From sequence record OM718002.1: a stretch of 64,000 nt of DNA. One strand, 5' to 3'. A program made the position numbers and the translations under genes. The notes beneath the pieces were generated by a model that was not told where the DNA came from, searched no databases, and saw only the letters and a list, made by a program, of their open reading frames with translations. Shown here piece by piece: positions 52,165 through 64,000 of the stretch (position 1 is the first letter of the stretch; each line of letters starts with the position of its first letter).

Positions 52165-52413
52165 TTTTCATTTTTTCCAATTTTTTCTATTTTCAAATTA
52201 AACGGTATTGGCTTTTTATAGCCAATCCCTTATTACTAAAAGTAATAGATTCTCGAACTAAGGATGGGTTATACCCCTTCTCTAATAATAAGGAATATTA
52301 TATGGGACCCCCCCAAAGGGTCCCCCCCCACATAATATACTATTTATATAATTTTCTTTTTAGAAGAAAAGAGATAAATAAGAGAAATACAGTCTATTAA
52401 AGTAATGAATTTC

Positions 52414-53235
52414 TCAAAAATTAAATAGTACACCGCGCGTCCGTTGCGTCGGATTGGCCTGCCGGACGATGGTCCGGATGTGCGGTAATAGCGGGTTTTT
52501 CAAAAATACTTGCATCGCGGTTGAATTGAGCGGTTGATTATAACGTGTGATCTTAATAGTAAATAGAACTTCTTCAACATCTGAATGACATCCTTCGAAA
52601 CTAAAATATACTTCAGTCCGATCAATAAACTGATACATTTCTACAGCTGGTTCAGCTGGATCTTTAAAGGCCAGCTTATTAGCGAAATAATCAGTATGGG
52701 CTAGAATTAATTCTTTTACATTAATTGCATTCTTCTTATCAACAAGGAATTCAAACTCTTCAAGGTTATCTGTTTTGAAAATACCTTGATAAGATGACGA
52801 CTCGATTAGTTCATCACTGATATCATCAACATGAACGCCTGGCATAAATTCAATGACTGGTAGAATAAGCTTGTTACCTCCTACGCCGTCAGCGATATGA
52901 ATTCCAATCACATTACCATCACTAATGTATTCGTCATTACCGCAAATAACGGCACCAGCCGCTAGATATAAATTATCAACATATTTCAGATTATCGGCAA
53001 TAATGCGAGATAGTACATATTCTCGCACCATGGCATCATCTGGACTTGACTGCGGTTTAAAAGTATAGTGGGTGTTATGACTACTCATGGTCGCACATGT
53101 AACAAAAACTGAAATATCTACTGGATTAAATACCCAATGAACGGAGATATCCTCTAATTTATGTGGATGATGTAAACCATCTAGCTTAGATAGGGCTTGG
53201 AGTTGTTCTTCCCAGGTGATGTTAAATTGAGTCAT
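52414..53235 (-). CDS. dip: Degradosome-interacting protein Dip, RNase E inhibitor (gp37)
   Basis: MTQFNITWEEQLQALSKLDGLHHPHKLED... matches the recalled Dip sequence; 273 aa from 53235; two genes upstream of phuZ. Confidence 0.85.
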   Translation of the reverse strand: MTQFNITWEEQLQALSKLDGLHHPHKLEDISVHWVFNPVDISVFVTCATMSSHNTHYTFKPQSSPDDAMVREYVLSRIIADNLKYVDNLYLAAGAVICGNDEYISDGNVIGIHIADGVGGNKLILPVIEFMPGVHVDDISDELIESSSYQGIFKTDNLEEFEFLVDKKNAINVKELILAHTDYFANKLAFKDPAEPAVEMYQFIDRTEVYFSFEGCHSDVEEVLFTIKITRYNQPLNSTAMQVFLKNPLLPHIRTIVRQANPTQRTRGVLFNF

Positions 53236-53271
53236 TTTTTCTAACCTCTTCATTTATTAAAAATAATACAC

Positions 53272-54084
53272 TTATTTTACTTTAGCAGTTGATACTTCAC
53301 ATACATTAACTAATTGTTCAAATAACGGTTCATTATCTGGATCATTAACTAATTTTGATGTATTAATAATAATACCAGAATACAGCATATCATCTTCATC
53401 TCGATCACTTGTTTTGCTGGTTACACCTTCCCACTTCCATCCATAGTAAATTAAATCAAATGATGAACCAATGTTAAAGGTTGATTGAATAAATTTGCAT
53501 GTACCATTTTCTTTTAACCAATCAGGCCTATATGGTTCATTTTTATAAAATTCATGCATGAGTACTTTAAAATCAGTTTTAATGTTTTCATGAATAATGC
53601 AATCAATAGAATTAAGAGCTTCATCAAGAGCTGATTTAGACTCAATAATGATTTCTGATACATTGGCAGATTTTAGTGTAATCATGCCTAGTTCATCTGA
53701 GTGTGCTCTTCCGATTTGAAATACATTGAGCTTACCAATTGGTAAGGTGGCTTTTAATGGCAGATTAGTATAGTGAGATACATCGCTTTTATAACTGTCT
53801 TCATATGACTCAATTAAATTAAGCCATGCTCTTTCAATACGTGTATTCTCAAAATGCTGTTCTTCTTCTAGTAGTCTAGAAATTAGATGATTAATGTATT
53901 GAACATTATGGCCAGTACCTGTAATTGAATTATATTTCGTATTACCGGTAATTCCCCATTTATTATTTTCTTTATTTATCCAACCGTAGATTACACTGTT
54001 TTTAGGATATTTATTTTTAAAATTATCGTATATTTCTTTTAGATGTGGATTAGGGGTAAAACTAAAAGTAGTTGATTCAGTCAT
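53272..54084 (-). CDS. Early hypothetical protein (gp36-like)
   Basis: 270 aa below an early promoter. Confidence 0.65.
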   Translation of the reverse strand: MTESTTFSFTPNPHLKEIYDNFKNKYPKNSVIYGWINKENNKWGITGNTKYNSITGTGHNVQYINHLISRLLEEEQHFENTRIERAWLNLIESYEDSYKSDVSHYTNLPLKATLPIGKLNVFQIGRAHSDELGMITLKSANVSEIIIESKSALDEALNSIDCIIHENIKTDFKVLMHEFYKNEPYRPDWLKENGTCKFIQSTFNIGSSFDLIYYGWKWEGVTSKTSDRDEDDMLYSGIIINTSKLVNDPDNEPLFEQLVNVCEVSTAKVK

Positions 54085-54124
54085 TATAGATACCTATTTG
54101 AATATTGTTTATTATTGCAAATAT

Positions 54125-54149
54125 GTAATATAGATCTTAAACTTTTTTT
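54125..54149 (-). promoter_or_regulatory. phiKZ early promoter
   Basis: AAAAAAAGTTTAAGATCTATATTAC. Confidence 0.85.
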
Positions 54150-54152
54150 AAC

Positions 54153-54188
54153 TCAGCATAAAGCCTCCCCTAGGGGAGGCAATATGTT
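54153..54188. repeat. 36-bp terminator-type hairpin repeat, copy 2
   Basis: Identical to 6215-6250. Confidence 0.9.
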
Positions 54189-55003
54189 CATTTATCTATT
54201 TCAGCGTTTGGATCATACCAAGGTAATAAACTTAGTAATGCCGGTTGTTGTTTCTTCATATCCTCTAAGATTGTTGCTTCACTTGCACCTTCTAACATAG
54301 TGGTGAAAGTAATCATGTTCTTAGAGTTATATATCGGACGTAGACCATTACCAAAGAATTTTACCTGTTGAACCATTATTTTGAAATCAGGGTTATCGAC
54401 TACATCTGGGATATAGATATCAGGTGGCGCACTGAAATAACGTTTAATTAACTCAATAGCCCAATACGTTGGTAAATCACCAAACTGTGATTTCACTGTA
54501 GCTAGGTTTAATTGGAATGCTTTAGGTTCTTCAGGCGGTGGTTCCACCGGATCAACTGGATCAGTGGGTTCTTCAGGGTCAGTAGGTTCAGTTGGCTCTT
54601 CAGGATCCTCTGGATCGCCTTCTGTTGGCTTTTCTTCAGATGTGCCACCATCAGGGTCACCTGAACCATCATCATCTTCAACGGGCTCCTCAGGCGTTTC
54701 TATAGGCTCCTTCGGATCTTCCTGATTCTCCGATAGATCGGGCTCTTCTGATTCCCCATCTCCATTTGCTTCAGTAGAAGACGTGTCTTCTGATTCTTCA
54801 TCTGTTGTCGAGTCAGTTGCGGCTGTGTTTTCTGAATCGGCAGTGGTATTTTCATTTTCACTTGATTCAGTAGAAACAATTTCAGTAGGAGTGGTTTCAA
54901 GTTCATTGACACTATCCTCTGCATTAGTTACTTCATTAGGGATTTCACTAATTTCTGATAATGTTACTGGTGCACTTACTGCGCGAGCTTTTCGTTTAGC
55001 CAT
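54188..55003 (-). CDS. Highly acidic Pro-rich virion protein (gp35-like)
   Basis: Long E/D/T/S/P low-complexity region with EPTDP-type repeats and a short folded C-terminal domain. Confidence 0.65.
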   Translation of the reverse strand: MAKRKARAVSAPVTLSEISEIPNEVTNAEDSVNELETTPTEIVSTESSENENTTADSENTAATDSTTDEESEDTSSTEANGDGESEEPDLSENQEDPKEPIETPEEPVEDDDGSGDPDGGTSEEKPTEGDPEDPEEPTEPTDPEEPTDPVDPVEPPPEEPKAFQLNLATVKSQFGDLPTYWAIELIKRYFSAPPDIYIPDVVDNPDFKIMVQQVKFFGNGLRPIYNSKNMITFTTMLEGASEATILEDMKKQQPALLSLLPWYDPNAEIDK

Positions 55004-55012
55004 GGTTGTACC

Positions 55013-55792
<780 letters not shown>

Positions 55793-55878
55793 CTACAATT
55801 ATATTTGAGTTATTGTACTACAGATGATAAAAGAGAAAATACATCATAAGCCCTCTCCTTATGGAGAGGGCATTATAT

Positions 55879-56082
55879 TTACATAGTGTTAAAACACGCA
55901 TTAAATTTAGATAAAGAGCAACCAGTATAAATTAATGATTGCTCTAGTTGTATGATGACATCACCATTACTATCAAAATCAGCAGCAACAAAAGTAGATT
56001 CAGTTATCTTAAAAGTAGATGGTAGCATTTCTAAATAATTAAATATTGCTTGATTATCGATGTCATGAGGATTTAAATCCAT
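55879..56082 (-). CDS. Small hypothetical protein
   Basis: 67 aa with AGGT RBS and a terminator at 55850-55871. Confidence 0.55.
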   Translation of the reverse strand: MDLNPHDIDNQAIFNYLEMLPSTFKITESTFVAADFDSNGDVIIQLEQSLIYTGCSLSKFNACFNTM

Positions 56083-56089
56083 ATGTTAC

Positions 56090-56959
56090 CTATACATAGA
56101 TAGTTATGGACCAAATATTAACAGGGCTGCATAAGACAATTGTGATTAAATCTCCATGAGTTCTCTGATAATGGTTGGAACACATAACTTTGATTAACTT
56201 TAATTTTTTAGTTTCTTTATTTTGAATTTCTTTGATAAGTGATTCAATAAGATCAGTAGTAATAAGTGAATGACCATCAATAAATGGTTTTATACTTACT
56301 AGCGAATCTTTGTTAAATAGAATTGCATCATCATATTCACATGTAGATGCGGTCTTGTATATGGATGCAACTTTATTAACTTTGTCATTAGTGACTATAG
56401 AAAAATTAAATTCACTCTTAGTTTTACTCAACGATGTTTCAAATAATTTATATTTATCAATAATAGTTTTATTATCAATAAATGATTTCATCCCAATATT
56501 TAAATCTATGTCCAGTGTGTAAGAATCATGTATTAAACCAATTGATAGTTGAGTCTCATTACCACTATTGTTAAACTTAATATTATTAACTGAACATATC
56601 TGATTATTAATAAACGATAATAATAGTTTAGAAATAGTTTTAATAACATTAACTTCATAATCATTATTAGTACAAGCAAGTGCAGTTGTCATGTATCGAC
56701 TAACTTGACTAACATCTAGTTTCTGATAGTTACTACTACTATCTACCCATGGGTCAATATTTAAAAAAATCCTTAGACTAGCTAGAATATCAGAAGATGT
56801 TTCAGAATAAATGAAAAACACATTATTATTAAGATCATCTTTTAGCCAACCACTAGTTCTAAGATTTTCTAGATCTTTTTCATTAGATACCGATTGACTT
56901 AATTGCTGAATTAAACTAGGGTTAGCTAGGTTTAATAAACTAATCATTTTATAAACCAT
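56090..56959 (-). CDS. Hypothetical protein (gp33-like)
   Basis: 289 aa with GAGG RBS. Confidence 0.6.
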   Translation of the reverse strand: MVYKMISLLNLANPSLIQQLSQSVSNEKDLENLRTSGWLKDDLNNNVFFIYSETSSDILASLRIFLNIDPWVDSSSNYQKLDVSQVSRYMTTALACTNNDYEVNVIKTISKLLLSFINNQICSVNNIKFNNSGNETQLSIGLIHDSYTLDIDLNIGMKSFIDNKTIIDKYKLFETSLSKTKSEFNFSIVTNDKVNKVASIYKTASTCEYDDAILFNKDSLVSIKPFIDGHSLITTDLIESLIKEIQNKETKKLKLIKVMCSNHYQRTHGDLITIVLCSPVNIWSITIYV

Positions 56960-57049
56960 TTTATTATCCTCTAATTTATGTAATTACATGGAATAAATAA
57001 CATAAGTACTTTTATGACTTATGATTTGATTCTCCAGGAGGTTTTCCCA

Positions 57050-58288
57050 ATGGCAACTATTAAAGAAGTCCTTGATAGAAATTTTAAGGATGTTCAATTT
57101 GATCGCGATTTATGTAAAAGAATTATTGACTTTACTATCAGTTTTATGAATAGGAATGCTGATCACTCTGCTTTCTTTGGTGGTGTATTACTAGGTGTAC
57201 AACAAGTTAAATTCTTCGATACGGATCGTGAGATTTGGTATGATGATGTTTTACGAATTGATGAAGCGCTGTTAGTCCAAGATTTTAAGTCAGTTGAATT
57301 CATTGACCCTAACCATCGTGTAATGTCAGATGTATTCAATCATCTTCCTGCCTATATTTGTTCTAGGCTTTTAAAAACAACTAATGTTCCTTTGAATATT
57401 AGACATGAAGCAATGGTTAGTTGTTTCATGGTGTTGCATTTTAAATATCTAACATCTTTACTTGTACCACGCTTTAAATATCCTGCACGTAAAGAAGTAG
57501 CCGAAGCTGCATTCGCCGCACTCAATTATCGATTTGACATTAAGACAATTGGGTCATGGGAGAAACTATTTAGGCAACGGGCTGAAGGTATCATTGCACC
57601 TGATTCTATTTATGCACCTTTCTTAACTGGTAAAACACAAGAACTGGATTATTGGTCTGGTCGTGTAGTATCTGATACTCAAACACGTCTACGTGAATTA
57701 ATCAACAAGTACTATGATGTTTATATCAGAACACTGCAATCAGGTGGTAAATTAGTTATTTCATCAGACATGGCTATTAATTCTGATGGTGAGCAGATTC
57801 TACGCGATAAGTCTACTGGGTATCGCTCATATCTTACTTATATCCATCAAGTTGCGCAACAAGAACAAAATTTCATTAGACCTGAGTTAGTCGGTATTAT
57901 TGAAAAGATAATGCCCACAATGCCACCAGAAATGTTCATGGCGACACTTAGACACCTTTCCCGTAATATCGGTCAACCTAGGGCACAAAAGCTTGAGAAA
58001 CTCGTAGATGAGTGCTTATTGTATGCTTTCGATTATATGCAATCACTCCGTACAATGGTTGCTAGAAATAATGATCTACAAACATTGCTTGTAAAAATAC
58101 GAGCAAAGATAATGGCATCTAAAACAGAAAATGCTCAAGTTATTTTCATGCGTGAAGAAGGTGAGAAGTTAGTTAGGGATGCGACTAATTCTAGGGTACC
58201 TGCATATATCGCAGCAACTAGGACTGGGTTGATGTTGTATTTAATTCTACGTGCTATGACTAAGAATTACTATACAAAAACAAAATAA
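57050..58288 (+). CDS. Conserved virion structural protein (gp32-like)
   Basis: AGGAGG RBS before ATG at 57050; TATG motifs upstream; hairpin terminator downstream. Confidence 0.7.
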   Translation: MATIKEVLDRNFKDVQFDRDLCKRIIDFTISFMNRNADHSAFFGGVLLGVQQVKFFDTDREIWYDDVLRIDEALLVQDFKSVEFIDPNHRVMSDVFNHLPAYICSRLLKTTNVPLNIRHEAMVSCFMVLHFKYLTSLLVPRFKYPARKEVAEAAFAALNYRFDIKTIGSWEKLFRQRAEGIIAPDSIYAPFLTGKTQELDYWSGRVVSDTQTRLRELINKYYDVYIRTLQSGGKLVISSDMAINSDGEQILRDKSTGYRSYLTYIHQVAQQEQNFIRPELVGIIEKIMPTMPPEMFMATLRHLSRNIGQPRAQKLEKLVDECLLYAFDYMQSLRTMVARNNDLQTLLVKIRAKIMASKTENAQVIFMREEGEKLVRDATNSRVPAYIAATRTGLMLYLILRAMTKNYYTKTK

Positions 58289-58334
58289 ACATAATGCCCT
58301 CCCGCAATGGGAGGGCTTATGCTGTTAAGTAACA

Positions 58335-58697
58335 TTAGCTAGATTGATCATTACATAAATTTTTCAGAGCATCGTAAATAGCCACATAAGTAAAAATAGT
58401 TAAACTATCTTTAATTTCCTTACGCGGGGTACCACTGAATCCACCCCATGATACATTTGTATTACTAACGCATACAGTGCTAATAGCTGGCTCATGATAG
58501 CCACCATCTACTTTACGCTTTGCATAAACCTTAGCCGTAATTTCTCCACGTAACTTTTTGAAGAAAACTAGAGCACCCGGAACGACTATACGTTTATTAC
58601 CAATCTTCGTAATAAATTCTTTACGATTAGTAAAGTGCTCTTTTAATAAATCATTAATAATTTTAGTTAAACTATCAATTTCATTCTTCATCGACAC
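58335..58697 (-). CDS. Hypothetical protein
   Basis: 120 aa. Confidence 0.55.
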   Translation of the reverse strand: MSMKNEIDSLTKIINDLLKEHFTNRKEFITKIGNKRIVVPGALVFFKKLRGEITAKVYAKRKVDGGYHEPAISTVCVSNTNVSWGGFSGTPRKEIKDSLTIFTYVAIYDALKNLCNDQSS

Positions 58698-59884
58698 GTT
58701 GTTAGTTCCTTACAAATAAACTTGATAACGTGATCACTTACAAATTTCAATGGACCAGAACAATTAGATTTCTCAATAGCGGTTTCAGTGTATGAAATTA
58801 TTTGATTTCCACTTAAGGATAATGAATCAAATAATTCATAAGAGTTATTATTTTTATTCTTAAAGGATACTGCATATTGACTATTTTCACTATTGATGCA
58901 AAATAGGTTAATAGCTGGGATAGATACAGAGTTATCTGAAGTATGGCTATTTTCCGTAATATTCCAATTACTGTATACAGTGAAAATATTTGCAGCTAGT
59001 AAAAGGTTGGCATTAACCGTTTCTAAACTAACATACTCCACAGAAGTACCTTTATGCCAATATAGTTCAATTGGATTAACCCAAGTATACCCAATGGTTT
59101 TATAGAAGGCATGCATTACATATTCTCGCCAACGTGTGGGTTTCTTATTATCAGTTAAAACACACGTAATATTGCCTGACGGATAAATGTGGTGGATGCT
59201 ACATGCATTAATTTCATCTCTAACATTAGTTGTTTCAGTAATATTAGAATGATCCTGTTTGAATAGCCATTTTAAATGACTATTAGTTGTGTCATCACCT
59301 TCCCCATTTGCAATGTCATTTTCTAACCACTTTTCAAATGTAGCTTGTCTATCAGGTGTTGGCATTCCCCAATAGGTAGCTAAAATGAAACGATAATAGT
59401 ATCGAATAATATCATCATCGTTAAGAATATTTTTATTCAGTTTCCAGTGATGTTGATACTCGTATACTTCGCTTGGAATATTATTTACTTGATACCATGT
59501 ATTAATTAATACTTGAATTGTTAATTGCCGAATACTCTCACTTGTTAGAGTGTAATATTCCCTGCTATGCGGCTCTTCAATTGTCACTTCTTGATCAGTA
59601 TAACCAATGTATTTAGGTTTACCACCGATGAGTGCAAAATTAACATTCCATGATGTATCATTACTAAAAGTGATATTAATAAAACCTTGTTCAAAGCTAG
59701 GCTTCACTACGAAACTGACATCATCCTTCTGATATGTCATTTGCGTTAGAATACCAAAATTAATTTTAGATGTAAATTCTTTATCGAAGTTATGTTTATA
59801 AAGTAATCCTAGTAAACAATCAATTTTATTAATAGTGTGGTTTTCTAATAATAAATCAGTATTTGTAAGTTCATTAATTTTCAT
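58688..59884 (-). CDS. Early hypothetical protein (gp31-like)
   Basis: 398 aa, GAGG RBS, early promoter upstream. Confidence 0.65.
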   Translation of the reverse strand: MKINELTNTDLLLENHTINKIDCLLGLLYKHNFDKEFTSKINFGILTQMTYQKDDVSFVVKPSFEQGFINITFSNDTSWNVNFALIGGKPKYIGYTDQEVTIEEPHSREYYTLTSESIRQLTIQVLINTWYQVNNIPSEVYEYQHHWKLNKNILNDDDIIRYYYRFILATYWGMPTPDRQATFEKWLENDIANGEGDDTTNSHLKWLFKQDHSNITETTNVRDEINACSIHHIYPSGNITCVLTDNKKPTRWREYVMHAFYKTIGYTWVNPIELYWHKGTSVEYVSLETVNANLLLAANIFTVYSNWNITENSHTSDNSVSIPAINLFCINSENSQYAVSFKNKNNNSYELFDSLSLSGNQIISYTETAIEKSNCSGPLKFVSDHVIKFICKELTTCR

Positions 59885-59937
59885 TTTAACCTCTCTAAAA
59901 TTTACAATCTAGTTTTACTTATTGAATAAGCAAACAT

Positions 59938-59962
59938 GTAATATATATCTTAATTATTTTTT
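59938..59962 (-). promoter_or_regulatory. phiKZ early promoter
   Basis: AAAAAATAATTAAGATATATATTAC, just after the hairpin terminator at 59980-60009. Confidence 0.8.
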
Positions 59963-60011
59963 AGCATAGTTTTTAACAACATAAAGCCTCCCCGAAGGGA
60001 GGCGATATGCT

Positions 60012-60193
60012 TTAGCTTTTTTGGTTAGTACCGACAGTCTGCTCATTCTTTTCAGTTTGAGCATTTCGCCGAAGTTGACTAACCAGACCATTGCCAGCCG
60101 CAACTACATCGGGAGAAAAGAATGCATTGATATCAAAGTTCTGATCTTGGTTGCGAGTCTTCCCAGGTGGGACCATCGGATATACTTTTGCCA

Positions 60194-60194
<1 letters not shown>
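60012..60194 (-). CDS. 60-aa protein translationally coupled to the tail tube gene
   Basis: TAATG stop/start overlap, followed by a terminator. Confidence 0.55.
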
Positions 60195-61078
<884 letters not shown>

Positions 61079-61106
61079 ACTTTTCCTCATTCTGAAAGCC
61101 ACCCAC

Positions 61107-63245
<2,139 letters not shown>

Positions 63246-63322
63246 CTAACAGTCAATCATAGATATTAATCATAGTTGACCATACTAGTTATTTTTTACT
63301 ATCCATTTAAGGAGTAGCGGTA

Positions 63323-64000
63323 ATGTTTTTGCTACCGTATGAAACTACAGTTTGTAAAACTCTATACAATCCCACCGGCGGTGGAAAATTATATCCTAAA
63401 CAATATGTTGATCAAATTGAAAATGCGATCAAGAAAGCCAATGTGTATCTACCCATTCCACCTGTTGATGCACGTAATGGTGAAACGCTAGAGCATAGTG
63501 GACAGATTACCCCAGTTGATGATTTTGAGGATATTAAGAAATTTACTCAAATTGTCAATATCGGTGATCGTGATAATCCTAAGCTAGTCGTTGATGCTCG
63601 TCTATATAAAAAGATTGAACAACGTACTGGTATTCCTAGGATTATTCAGCAGAACGAATGGCAGTTCCAATATATTCGGATGGCACTTAATATCAAACTA
63701 TTACGTGAAGGCCCGGACTTCCTCCATCGCTTAGGTGATATCCCAGTTAAAGTTTTCTATAATTGGATCTCAGGCATCCTAACACAAAAATACAGCCTAC
63801 CACCTGAATCAACCCAAGCTATTTGGGTAATCTGTGCTGTTTATTACTTTGCTATGCAAGATGATGATCTAACAGAACCAGGTCAGGAACGTGATCGGTT
63901 AATACCAATTATTTCCCGTCTTACATATATTCCAGCTGGTTTTATTGCAGATGTTATTGATACATTAGGTCCACTTCATAATGCCGGTGATCTAGCTTAT
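63323..64000 (+). CDS. Virion/capsid-associated protein (gp28-like), runs off the window end
   Basis: AAGGAG RBS; MFLLPYETTVCKTLYNP... stays open to the edge. Confidence 0.7.
   Translation, partial: MFLLPYETTVCKTLYNPTGGGKLYPKQYVDQIENAIKKANVYLPIPPVDARNGETLEHSGQITPVDDFEDIKKFTQIVNIGDRDNPKLVVDARLYKKIEQRTGIPRIIQQNEWQFQYIRMALNIKLLREGPDFLHRLGDIPVKVFYNWISGILTQKYSLPPESTQAIWVICAVYYFAMQDDDLTEPGQERDRLIPIISRLTYIPAGFIADVIDTLGPLHNAGDLAY

Noticed and set aside
52098-52400. 100-aa minus-strand ORF in the track
   Set aside because: Translation of low-complexity intergenic hairpin DNA that overlaps the next gene; no RBS.
60012-60030. A-run near the end of the 60-aa ORF as a lambda G/T-type slippery site
   Set aside because: The heptamer is not in X XXY YYZ phase, and a terminator follows immediately.

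Overview
64 kb of an AT-rich, nucleus-forming jumbo phage very close to Pseudomonas phage phiKZ (Phikzvirus/Chimalliviridae), mostly on the minus strand. It covers roughly phiKZ gp28 (right end) to gp86 (left end); gp numbers come from recalled sequences and gene order, not from a search. Recognised genes: tail sheath and tube, Dip, PhuZ tubulin, both halves of the split B-family DNA polymerase, ChmA shell, four non-virion RNAP subunits, PicA/Imp1, ChmC, SbcD, an SF2 helicase, a virion RNAP beta' subunit and head proteins. Features the ORF track misses: (i) three closely related group I introns in nvRNAP genes, two of them flanking a 108-nt micro-exon and one splitting the catalytic N|ADFDGD motif; (ii) a ~330-nt highly structured, possibly pseudoknotted RNA element between the chmA stop and its terminator; (iii) a probable programmed -1 frameshift (T TTT TTT) joining a hub-chaperone-like gene to a start-less frame; (iv) several uncalled small ORFs, one with an ATA start and one with an internal TGA; (v) nine early-promoter motifs, a family of GC hairpins and a triple palindrome in the chmA leader. 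No tRNA or CRISPR array was seen.
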